Part shown: positions 18,379-26,533 of the stretch, piece by piece
Position numbering within the stretch: position 1 is the first letter of the stretch
Layout of the letters: every line of letters starts with the position of its first letter
Assembly (NCBI GenBank): GCA_964562805.1
Contig: CAZLUT010000002.1
Location: 1,172 to 65,171 of the forward strand
Source: an uncultured bacterium
Lineage (GTDB): Bacteria; Omnitrophota; Omnitrophia; Omnitrophales; CAZLUT01
DNA length: 64,000 nt
Direction: 5' to 3'
Made by a program: the position numbers and the translations under genes
The notes under the pieces: generated by a model
What the model was told of the DNA's origin: nothing
Seen by the model: the letters and a program-made list of their open reading frames with translations, nothing else
The model's database searches: none

Positions 18379-19973
18379 TGCATCATTCTGCCATCAGCAA
18401 AACACTTTTGCTTTTGCTATTGGTTCTTATCTTGGCGTTGGGAGTCCAGCTGAGCCAAATCGACCGCCCGCTCACGGGGAATTTTGCTAGCTACCAGACA
18501 GTGTTGGCATCAATTGCGGACAACCTGGTTCGTGAGAACTTTTCGGGATTTTTATTACCTAAAACAAATTTAATTATATTGGGCGGTGAAAGATCATTAC
18601 ATTTAAATCAATATCCATTTCCGTCAGTATTGGCTGCTGCGGGGATGAGGGTTTTTGGTGGAAGTGTAGAAGTGTGGGGTCGCCTTCAGGCGGTACTGTT
18701 CAACTTATTAACCGCGCTACTTATTAGCTTTATTGGACGCCGGTTATTTTCTAAACGAACAGGCCTTGTGGCGGCGATTATTTATTTACTTTCACCCTTT
18801 GCTTTGATTTACGGGCAAAGTTTTATGTCGGAGGCAACCTCTCTTTTCTTTCTGGTTTTTGCTTTTTTTCTATTAATTCCCAGCAAGAATAGCAATTCAA
18901 GTATATTTCGAGCTATTCTATCGGCAATCTTTTTCTCTCTAACTGTTTGCGGCCGTCTCCACTTCATAGTATTTTTGCCGGCCTATCTTTTTTCCTTTTT
19001 TCTATTTGGTGACGAAAAGAAATATTCAAAAGCAATCTTGTATTTAATTTTTTCTTTGGCGGCACCCATCGCTTGGTATTCGCATACTTATTTTGCTGGT
19101 TCGACCGCAATTAATTTGCATACAAGCTTATTTCTTCAGTTGGGCGCATCAGGCGCAAGTAAAATTTCGCTATTGTTGAATCCTAGTTATTATAAGCAAA
19201 TTTTTGATACAGTTTCCGGGACGATGCTAACGCCGTTACTTTTCCCTTTCTTTTTCCTCGGGTTATTCTCTTTTAGGGACGAGAAAAAGCAGATCGGTTT
19301 GATCTTAGCAGTCTTATTTTTTGGATCTTCCATTTTTGTTTTAACTCCTCAGAAGGTAATGGATCATGATTTTTATCTATATGGCCTTTTCCCCTTTATT
19401 GCTCTGTTGGCGGCGCGTGGATTTTCACTTCTTATCGATTTATTTCCCGCTTTTAGAAAAGGAATAGTTATTTTACTCACCGTATTTTTATATTTTGTAA
19501 TTTCAGGACGGTATTTTTTTAATCCCATATTTAAATCAAGCTCTGGTGAAAAGCAGGAAGTTCAAATTGGAAAGTGGATTGAAAACAGCACGCGCTCGGG
19601 AGATAAAGTAGTTATGATTGGGAAAAATGCGCCAATTTTATTTTATTATGCTAAAAGACCTGCGTGGAATGTTTCTTTGGGTGAATCTCAAAGATTACCG
19701 GTTTATTTTGCGGGTAGGCCAGAACAGATTTTTGAAGCAGAAGAATTGAACCAGCTTAACGAGGCGATGCAAGATGATGTGAAATGGCTAGAGTACCTAA
19801 GGGGGCTGGGTGCGACTCATGTTGTTTTGGCGGAAAAAGGCTATTTAGAAAGATTTCCAACATTTAAAAATTACCTTTTAAAAAATCATAGGCAAATACA
19901 ATCAGAACATGCCGGTTTTTATTTTTTTGAGATTCAGAAAAACGAGATTTCTAGAAAAAAAGGTGAGACATAA
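18378..19973 (+). CDS. GT-C family membrane glycosyltransferase (ArnT/PMT-like), putative polyprenol-P-sugar-dependent transferase
   Basis: Roughly 11 TM helices with a C-terminal soluble domain. TAATG stop-start overlap with the upstream GT2. Confidence 0.55.
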   Translation: MHHSAISKTLLLLLLVLILALGVQLSQIDRPLTGNFASYQTVLASIADNLVRENFSGFLLPKTNLIILGGERSLHLNQYPFPSVLAAAGMRVFGGSVEVWGRLQAVLFNLLTALLISFIGRRLFSKRTGLVAAIIYLLSPFALIYGQSFMSEATSLFFLVFAFFLLIPSKNSNSSIFRAILSAIFFSLTVCGRLHFIVFLPAYLFSFFLFGDEKKYSKAILYLIFSLAAPIAWYSHTYFAGSTAINLHTSLFLQLGASGASKISLLLNPSYYKQIFDTVSGTMLTPLLFPFFFLGLFSFRDEKKQIGLILAVLFFGSSIFVLTPQKVMDHDFYLYGLFPFIALLAARGFSLLIDLFPAFRKGIVILLTVFLYFVISGRYFFNPIFKSSSGEKQEVQIGKWIENSTRSGDKVVMIGKNAPILFYYAKRPAWNVSLGESQRLPVYFAGRPEQIFEAEELNQLNEAMQDDVKWLEYLRGLGATHVVLAEKGYLERFPTFKNYLLKNHRQIQSEHAGFYFFEIQKNEISRKKGET

Positions 19974-19975
19974 AA

Positions 19976-21133
19976 GTGAAAAATAATAAGCGTATTCCTT
20001 ATTCTTGCCAATGGATTGATGAAAAAGATATTGAAGCGGTTGTGTCAGTTTTAAAATCAGATTTTATCACTCAAGGACCGAAAGTTGCTGAATTCGAGGA
20101 GAAGTTCGCTAAAAAGGTGGGTTCAAAATATGCCGTGGCTGTTGCGAATGGAACCGCGGGGCTTCATTTGGCGGCTTTGGCGCTTGATTTAAAAGAAGGT
20201 GATGAGGTAATCACGTCTCCTATTTCTTTTTTAGCGACGTCAAACGCGGCTTTTTATGTAGGCGCAAAACCTATTTTTGCAGACATTGATCCAAAGACCC
20301 TTTGCTTAGATGTAAAGCAAGTTAAAAAAAAGATCACTCCAAAAACAAAAGCAATTTTTCCAGTCCATTTTGCGGGCCAACCAGCCGCTTTGGAGGAGTT
20401 GTCTCAATTGTGCAAAAAACACGGTTTGTATATGGTTGAAGATGCCTGCCATGCTTTGGGAGCTCAGTATAAGCAGTCTATGGTTGGAGATTGTCAGTAT
20501 TCAAATATGGCCGTTTTTAGTTTTCATCCCGTTAAACATTTAGCAACAGGCGAGGGGGGAATGGTTACTACCAATAGCGAGAACTTGTATCAAAAGCTTT
20601 GTGATCTGCGGAGCCATGGAATGGTTCGAGATCGTGGAAGATTTGAATTAAATGATGAAGGGCCTTGGTGCTATGAAATGCAGTCTTTGGGGTTTAATTA
20701 TCGAATGACTGATATGCAGGCAGCTTTAGGTGTTTCTCAACTCGAGAAGATTGATATGTTTGTAAGTAAAAGGCGCGAGATTGCAAACCGGTATATCGAG
20801 GCATTTAAAGAATTAAAATTAGTCCGAGTTCCGGAATATATCAATGATACAGTTAATTCCCATCATTTATTTATAATTCAGCTCAATTTAAGAAATCTTA
20901 ATAAAACTCGAGCCGAAATTTTCGAAGCCTTAAAAAGCGAAGGTTTGGGGCTTCAAATTCATTATATTCCAATTCCAAGGCAGCCCTTTTATAAGAAAAA
21001 AGGGTACAACTACAAAGATTATCCGGTTGCTGAATCTTTTTATAAATCAACCATTTCAATACCGCTTTTTCCAAAGATGACCGAAGAAGAAGTGGATTAT
21101 GTTATTTCGATTGTTAAAAAGATTTTAAGCTAA
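19976..21133 (+). CDS. DegT/DnrJ/EryC1/StrS-family PLP sugar aminotransferase; with gmd possibly a GDP-perosamine synthase
   Basis: DFITQGPKVAEFEEKFAKKVGSKYAVAVANGTAGLHLA, FSFHPVKHLATGEGG carrying the PLP lysine, and NYRMTDMQAALG. GTG start. Confidence 0.8.
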   Translation: MKNNKRIPYSCQWIDEKDIEAVVSVLKSDFITQGPKVAEFEEKFAKKVGSKYAVAVANGTAGLHLAALALDLKEGDEVITSPISFLATSNAAFYVGAKPIFADIDPKTLCLDVKQVKKKITPKTKAIFPVHFAGQPAALEELSQLCKKHGLYMVEDACHALGAQYKQSMVGDCQYSNMAVFSFHPVKHLATGEGGMVTTNSENLYQKLCDLRSHGMVRDRGRFELNDEGPWCYEMQSLGFNYRMTDMQAALGVSQLEKIDMFVSKRREIANRYIEAFKELKLVRVPEYINDTVNSHHLFIIQLNLRNLNKTRAEIFEALKSEGLGLQIHYIPIPRQPFYKKKGYNYKDYPVAESFYKSTISIPLFPKMTEEEVDYVISIVKKILS

Positions 21134-21159
21134 AACCCTCAGTTTTTGGATGGTGTTGA

Positions 21160-21231
21160 ATATTATTGACTATTTTTGATTATTGTTGACATTATTTTAT
21201 TAAACACTTAAAATTTCCTGAATTTTAAGTG
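21160..21231 (+). promoter_or_regulatory. Sigma-70-like promoter with repeated TATTWTTGAY boxes and a perfect 11-bp inverted repeat overlapping the -10
   Basis: ATTATTGAC, CTATTTTTGAT and TTGTTGACA boxes. -35 TTGACA at 21185-21190, 17-bp spacer, -10 TAAAAT at 21208-21213. Palindrome CACTTAAAATT-TCCTG-AATTTTAAGTG at 21205-21231. Confidence 0.45.
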
Positions 21232-21350
21232 TTCAGCTGAGACTTTGGTTGTAGAAGAGATTTAAAATTACGATAAAGAATTTTGTTTTATACTATAATC
21301 AAAAGAGTTTTATTTGAGACAAGACTAATATAAAGTTGGGAGAATTTAAG

Positions 21351-22376
21351 ATGGCTGAGTCGAAGATTAATCAGGAAGAAACATCAGGCGGGCGAGTACT
21401 CAACTCGTCAATTCAAGCAGATCCTGATGTCCCTTTCCGGAAAAAATTTGGCCCCAAGTGGGATGAGTATCGACGTAATTGGGCAGCAGCCTCTCGAATG
21501 GAATACCGTCCTGATTTTCCTCTCTTTGTTCGCTTCGAGACTAAATTTCGCTGCAATCTTCACTGTAAAATGTGTGCGCATGGCCACCCGGATCTTGAGA
21601 AGGGGTATTCGTATGACGGTGAGCTTGATTTTGATACTTATTGCCGCTTGATTGATGAGTGTGCTGAGCATGGTTGTCCTTCAATTGGAATGAATCATGC
21701 CAACGAACCGCTTCTAGACAAAGATTTAATCGAGAGAATTAATTATGCGACTAAGCGTGGAATTATGGATATCCATATGAATACCAATGCAATGTTATTA
21801 ACTGCTGAAATGTCAAAAAAGCTTCTTGATACGGGGTTAACCAGACTTTGTTTTAGTGTGGATGCGCTAACTCCCGAGACTTTTAAAAAGATCCGGGTAG
21901 ATGCTGATTATGATCTCGTTATGTCGAATATTGACACTTTTTTAAATTTACGGGCCGAGCGAAGGCAGGATCTTCCGGTGACTCGGGTTAGCCTTGTTTT
22001 ACAGGAAGATAACAAGCACGAAGTAGATGCTTTTCGCGAGCATTGGGTCAAAAAAGTTGAGTATGTAGCGATTCAAAGGTATGTTCCCATAAGCCCATTT
22101 GATCAAGAAGAGGACGATATGCGCGCTCATGCAACGTCTTTTTCACCTAAAGAAGGCGCTCAAAAGTGTTCCTATGCCTGGGAATCTGTGTTTATCCATG
22201 GCGATGGAACTGTTTTGCCGTGTGCGGCACACAGAGCTCGAAAGATTGCCGTGGGCAATATACACAAAAACACAATTCATGAAATTTGGAATTCGCCCTC
22301 GATGGAAGAGTTGCGGATGAAGCATAAAACGGGGAATTTAGAAGGCTTAAAGCTTTGCCCGACATGCATTCAATAA
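21351..22376 (+). CDS. Radical SAM enzyme with a C-terminal SPASM/twitch-like Cys cluster
   Basis: CNLHCKMC (Cx3Cx2C). C-terminal cysteines CSYAWE...GTVLPCAAH...LKLCPTC. ATG at 21351 has a GGGAGA ribosome-binding site; the track starts at a TTG at 21336. Confidence 0.7.
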   Translation: MAESKINQEETSGGRVLNSSIQADPDVPFRKKFGPKWDEYRRNWAAASRMEYRPDFPLFVRFETKFRCNLHCKMCAHGHPDLEKGYSYDGELDFDTYCRLIDECAEHGCPSIGMNHANEPLLDKDLIERINYATKRGIMDIHMNTNAMLLTAEMSKKLLDTGLTRLCFSVDALTPETFKKIRVDADYDLVMSNIDTFLNLRAERRQDLPVTRVSLVLQEDNKHEVDAFREHWVKKVEYVAIQRYVPISPFDQEEDDMRAHATSFSPKEGAQKCSYAWESVFIHGDGTVLPCAAHRARKIAVGNIHKNTIHEIWNSPSMEELRMKHKTGNLEGLKLCPTCIQ

Positions 22377-22399
22377 ATTAACAATAGGATTTAAGTACG

Positions 22400-23716
22400 A
22401 TGTCAAAAAAGAAAAAACTTGTTTATGTTCCGATGGCGGTTGATTTTATTCATCCAGGACATTTGAATATTATTAAGGAGGCAGCCGAACTCGGCGAAGT
22501 AGTAGTAGGTCTTTTTACAGACAAAGCGATTGCTTCTTATAAGAGACTGCCTTTTATGAGTTATGACCAGCGAAAAGAAGTTATTGAAAATGTGAAAGGT
22601 GTTGATCGAGTTGTGACGCAAGAAACACCTGATTATGAAGTGAATCTCAGGAAATATAAACCAGACTACATGGTGCATGGTACGGATTGGAAAAAAGGCC
22701 CTCTCAAAGAAGTTCGAGCTAAAGCGATTGATATTTTGGCTGAATGGGGTGGCGAGATGGTTGAGCCTGAGTACACGAAGGGTATCTCTTCCACAGAAGT
22801 GCATGTGCATCTTCGAACGATTGGTACTACACCGCAATTGCGTTTAGCCAAACTTCGCCGTCTTTTGGAAGTAAAAAACATGGTCCGCGTTATGGAGGCT
22901 CATAATGGTTTGAGTGCTTTAATTGCGGAAAAAGCAGAGATTAAAGATCCCGGCAAGCCAATTGCCGCATTTGATGCAATTTGGTTAAGCAGCTTAACAG
23001 AGTCAACCGCCAAAGGTAGGCCGGATATTGAATTGGTCGACCTTTCTTCCCGATCGAAAACTATTAACGATATTTTTGAAGTCACCGTAAAACCGATGAT
23101 CTTTGACGGTGATACGGGAGGTATTCCGGAGCATTTTATTTATACGGTTCGCACGCTTGAACGTCTAGGGGTTTCGGCTGTGGTGATTGAAGATAAGACA
23201 GGCCTGAAAATGAATTCGCTTTTTGGTACTGATGTGAAACAGACTCAGGATTCTATTGAAGCTTTTTGTAATAAGATTTCGCTCGGAAAGAAAGCCCAAA
23301 TCACACCGGATTTTATGATTATTGCTCGAATCGAAAGCTTGATTCTTCAAAAAGGTATGGAAGACGCCCTCAAGCGAGCAGTAGCTTATATTGAGGCGGG
23401 CGCGGATGGTATTATGATTCATAGCCGATCAAAAACACCTGATGAAGTTTTGGCTTTTTGCGCTGAATACAAAAAATTCAAAAAGAAGGTACCGTTAGTA
23501 GTTATTCCGACAACATATGCCCAAGTTTCTGAAAAAGAATTAATTGACGCTGGAGTTAATGTGGTGATTTATGCCAACCATCTTCTTCGCGCAGCATACC
23601 CGGCAATGGTTAAAACGGCAGAATCTATTTTGCATCATGGCCGTTCAATGGAGGCGTCGAACGATTTTTGTATGCCAGTATCTGAGATGCTGGAGATTCT
23701 AGCTAATAAATACTAA
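22400..23716 (+). CDS. pepM: Fusion of a cytidylyltransferase (TagD-like HxGH) and phosphoenolpyruvate mutase
   Basis: N-terminal FIHPGHLNII...GISSTEVH, a TagD-like CTP-transferase pattern. The C-terminal domain has the isocitrate-lyase/PEP-mutase fold with the PEP-mutase-specific motif EDKTGLKMNS (EDKxxxxxNS). Confidence 0.8.
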   Translation: MSKKKKLVYVPMAVDFIHPGHLNIIKEAAELGEVVVGLFTDKAIASYKRLPFMSYDQRKEVIENVKGVDRVVTQETPDYEVNLRKYKPDYMVHGTDWKKGPLKEVRAKAIDILAEWGGEMVEPEYTKGISSTEVHVHLRTIGTTPQLRLAKLRRLLEVKNMVRVMEAHNGLSALIAEKAEIKDPGKPIAAFDAIWLSSLTESTAKGRPDIELVDLSSRSKTINDIFEVTVKPMIFDGDTGGIPEHFIYTVRTLERLGVSAVVIEDKTGLKMNSLFGTDVKQTQDSIEAFCNKISLGKKAQITPDFMIIARIESLILQKGMEDALKRAVAYIEAGADGIMIHSRSKTPDEVLAFCAEYKKFKKKVPLVVIPTTYAQVSEKELIDAGVNVVIYANHLLRAAYPAMVKTAESILHHGRSMEASNDFCMPVSEMLEILANKY

Positions 23717-23741
23717 CGCACCACCTTGTTAGGAAGTTTTT

Positions 23742-24881
23742 GTGTTAAATTGTGCTGATTTTTTTAGGGTCTTAACTCAAAAAGGCGTTCAATTTTATTG
23801 CGGTGTTCCTGATTCTTTGCTCAAATCCTTTTGTGCTTATTTATCTGACGCACTCCCTGAAGATAAAAATATAATTGCCGTTAATGAAGGAGCTGCGGTT
23901 GCGTTGGCTTCCGGAGTTTATATGGCGACAGGACAACCAGCCGTTGTTTATATGCAGAATTCGGGAGAAGGGAATGCAGCGAATCCTCTTCTCTCGCTTG
24001 CCGATTCCAAAGTATACAGTATCCCTATGTTGCTATTAGTGGGATGGCGTGGAGAGCCTGGAGTGAAGGATGAGCCACAGCATATTAAGCAGGGAGAGGT
24101 TACTTTAGCGCTTTTAGATGCGATGGGTATTCGGTATGAGATACTTCCATCTGATGTAAAATTGGCCGAAGCGGCTATCCAGAGAGCTTTTGAATATATG
24201 AATTTGAAGAAAGCTCCTTATGCCCTAATTATTCGTAAGGACACTTTTGAGCCTTACGCTTCTACTGCGACACGCGCCGAAAATAACTACTCACTTAGCC
24301 GTGAAGATGCGATACAAGAAATTATTCAATTTACAAAAAACATGCAAAATCAGCCCGCTTTTGTATCCACTACCGGAATGACTTCTCGAGAACTTTTTGA
24401 AAACCGAGCCAAGAATAGAGAATCGTTAAGCTCTGATTTTCTTACGGTAGGCTCAATGGGTCACGCATCTTCGATTGCCTTAGGACTTGCATTAAATTTA
24501 CCCAATCGGGATGTTTTTTGTGTTGATGGAGATGGTGCTATGCTGATGCATATGGGGAGCTTAGCGACCATTGGCAGCTCCGGTGTTAAGAATTTTAAAC
24601 ATATCCTGATTAATAACGGAGCACATGACTCCGTAGGCGGTCAGCCTACTTGCGGGTTTAAAGTCAATTTCCGAGAGATTGCCAAGGCTTGTGGTTACAC
24701 CAATACTTGGTTAGCAACGAATAAGGATGAATTAAAAGAATGTTTGAAGCAAATGGTTACAAAAGAAGATTTAGAGCTTTTGGAAATTCGAGTAAAAAAA
24801 GGAGCTAGGAAAGATTTGGGTCGCCCCACTTCCTCGCCAGGAGAGAATAAAATTCAATTTATGGAATATTTAAAAGGTTAA
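23742..24881 (+). CDS. ppd: Phosphonopyruvate decarboxylase (TPP-dependent)
   Basis: N-terminal GVQFYCGVPDSLLKSF. TPP-binding motif GDGAMLMHMGSLATIG...NNGAHDSVGGQ. Size roughly 379 aa, immediately downstream of pepM. GTG start. Confidence 0.8.
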   Translation: MLNCADFFRVLTQKGVQFYCGVPDSLLKSFCAYLSDALPEDKNIIAVNEGAAVALASGVYMATGQPAVVYMQNSGEGNAANPLLSLADSKVYSIPMLLLVGWRGEPGVKDEPQHIKQGEVTLALLDAMGIRYEILPSDVKLAEAAIQRAFEYMNLKKAPYALIIRKDTFEPYASTATRAENNYSLSREDAIQEIIQFTKNMQNQPAFVSTTGMTSRELFENRAKNRESLSSDFLTVGSMGHASSIALGLALNLPNRDVFCVDGDGAMLMHMGSLATIGSSGVKNFKHILINNGAHDSVGGQPTCGFKVNFREIAKACGYTNTWLATNKDELKECLKQMVTKEDLELLEIRVKKGARKDLGRPTSSPGENKIQFMEYLKG

Positions 24882-24886
24882 GATCG

Positions 24887-25603
24887 ATGATAAATGTAAT
24901 TGCTATAGATGGTCCTTCATATGTTGGTAAAAGCACAGTAGCTCGTTCGTTGGCTGCCTTATTGGGTTATGACTTTATTAATACTGGCCATATGTTTCGC
25001 GTGGTCGCACGAGAATGTCTTTTAAGAAATCTTTCTGTAAAGAAGGAAGGTGAGGTTGCAGATCTGGCGCATTGTCTTGATATTCAGTTTGAAAGTAATG
25101 AAAAAGGCAACTCGAGAACTCTGGTTAACGGTGAAGATTTAACCGAAGCTTTAGAGGGGCATGAGATTATGCTTTTAGCTGCCAAAGTGGCTCAGATTGG
25201 AAAGTTGCGGGATATTTTAACTGAGAAGCAGCGCTTGTATGCCGACAAAAAGATGATTGTCATGGAGGGCCGAGACATTGGCTCAATTGTTTTTCCTGAT
25301 GCAAAGTGGAAATTTTTTATTACAGCTTCGATGGAAATTCGTGCTAAGCGAATGTATAAAATTATGAATGAAGCTGAGAAGAAGAATTGCTCTGATTACC
25401 ATACGTTGATTCCAAAGCTAGAAGAGATTGATGAGGCCGACCGCAATCGCAAGATTTCGCCGCTTAGAATCGCCGATGATGCAATTATTTATGATAATTC
25501 TGACAGTCCTAGTGAACATGAAGATTCGTTGATTTTAAAATACTACATTACACACACGGACGAGATTGTTAAAAATACAGAAATTCTGAAGTTTAAAAAA
25601 TAA
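24887..25603 (+). CDS. cmk: Cytidylate kinase
   Basis: IAIDGPSYVGKSTVARSLA P-loop, GRDIGSIVFPDAKWKFFITAS and RDRNRKISPLRIADDA align closely with canonical Cmk. Confidence 0.75.
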   Translation: MINVIAIDGPSYVGKSTVARSLAALLGYDFINTGHMFRVVARECLLRNLSVKKEGEVADLAHCLDIQFESNEKGNSRTLVNGEDLTEALEGHEIMLLAAKVAQIGKLRDILTEKQRLYADKKMIVMEGRDIGSIVFPDAKWKFFITASMEIRAKRMYKIMNEAEKKNCSDYHTLIPKLEEIDEADRNRKISPLRIADDAIIYDNSDSPSEHEDSLILKYYITHTDEIVKNTEILKFKK

Positions 25604-25613
25604 GGAAAGATTC

Positions 25614-26480
25614 ATGGAAACTATTAAAGAGCTTAAAGTGATCTGTCAAACAACAGCGCAAAAAGACATTTCAAATGTTTATATGCGCTATATTTGCCGT
25701 CCGATTTCAATTCGTATCACACGCTTTCTTATTCCAACAGCAGTCACTCCGGACCAAGTTAGCTTTGCGATGATTGTTACGGGTGTTATTGCGAGCCTTA
25801 TATTTTTAATAGCGCATCCTATAAGTTTTTTCCTGGCAGCGCTCCTTCTTCAGTTTTGGTATATTTTAGATTGTGTCGATGGAGAATTGGCTCGTTATCG
25901 CTCCTATTCCAAAAATAAAGAAGTGATCCAGGATAAGGCTACTTTGCCGATAACGGGTGCTTATTGGGATTATCTCAATCATTACATTGTTCACGGGCTT
26001 GTACCGCTTACGATTTCTTACGGATTGTTTCTTAAGACACAAAATTCGTTTTGGATTTTACTCGGATTTGTCACCTCGACTTTCCAAGTGATGTTGCTTG
26101 CTATTCACGATACGCAATGCCGCGCCTATCTAACTAAAATCCGGAAAACACTTCCGACTCATGTATTGAATGTTAAATCGGCGTCGGAAGTGGATGAGGC
26201 TGCGCCAGAAAAAAAGAAAATGAAAGGAATAATGTTTTTGAAGCTGCCATTTGTGACCGTCCATTATCTTTCGACTTATCCTTCGGTGATGAATGTGATA
26301 ACTGTGCTTGCTCTTACGTCGTGCTTAACAGGATTTGGGAGTGATTTTAGAGGTTTCTTTCTTTGGTTTTATGCGTTGGGATCAGGTGTTGTTTTTTTAG
26401 GTTTAGCTTATAAGCTGCTCCATGACCGTGGTCTCGATAAGGAATTTGATAAAGAATTTTATTTAGAAAAACGCACCTAA
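25614..26480 (+). CDS. CDP-alcohol phosphatidyltransferase-family membrane protein
   Basis: Polytopic membrane protein with the DxxDGxxAR start of the CDP-OH phosphotransferase motif (LDCVDGELARYRS). Confidence 0.55.
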   Translation: METIKELKVICQTTAQKDISNVYMRYICRPISIRITRFLIPTAVTPDQVSFAMIVTGVIASLIFLIAHPISFFLAALLLQFWYILDCVDGELARYRSYSKNKEVIQDKATLPITGAYWDYLNHYIVHGLVPLTISYGLFLKTQNSFWILLGFVTSTFQVMLLAIHDTQCRAYLTKIRKTLPTHVLNVKSASEVDEAAPEKKKMKGIMFLKLPFVTVHYLSTYPSVMNVITVLALTSCLTGFGSDFRGFFLWFYALGSGVVFLGLAYKLLHDRGLDKEFDKEFYLEKRT

Positions 26481-26533
26481 GATGAATTTAAAATTTCCGC
26501 CACCATCAAAAAACCAATCTCCTTTTCTTTTGC

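Noticed and set aside
22400-23716. C-terminal domain as methylisocitrate lyase or another ICL-family enzyme instead of PEP mutase
   Set aside because: The loop reads EDKTGLKMNS, which fits the PEP-mutase-specific EDKxxxxxNS pattern and not the K(K/R)CGH of lyases. The fused cytidylyltransferase and adjacent ppd also fit a phosphonate pathway.
24887-25603. Cmk-like gene as a novel phosphonate kinase
   Set aside because: The sequence aligns along its length with canonical cytidylate kinase, including the GRDxGxVVFPDA and RDxxDxNR blocks. A bona fide Cmk is the most parsimonious call, and any phosphonate role is left only as a hypothesis in the findings.
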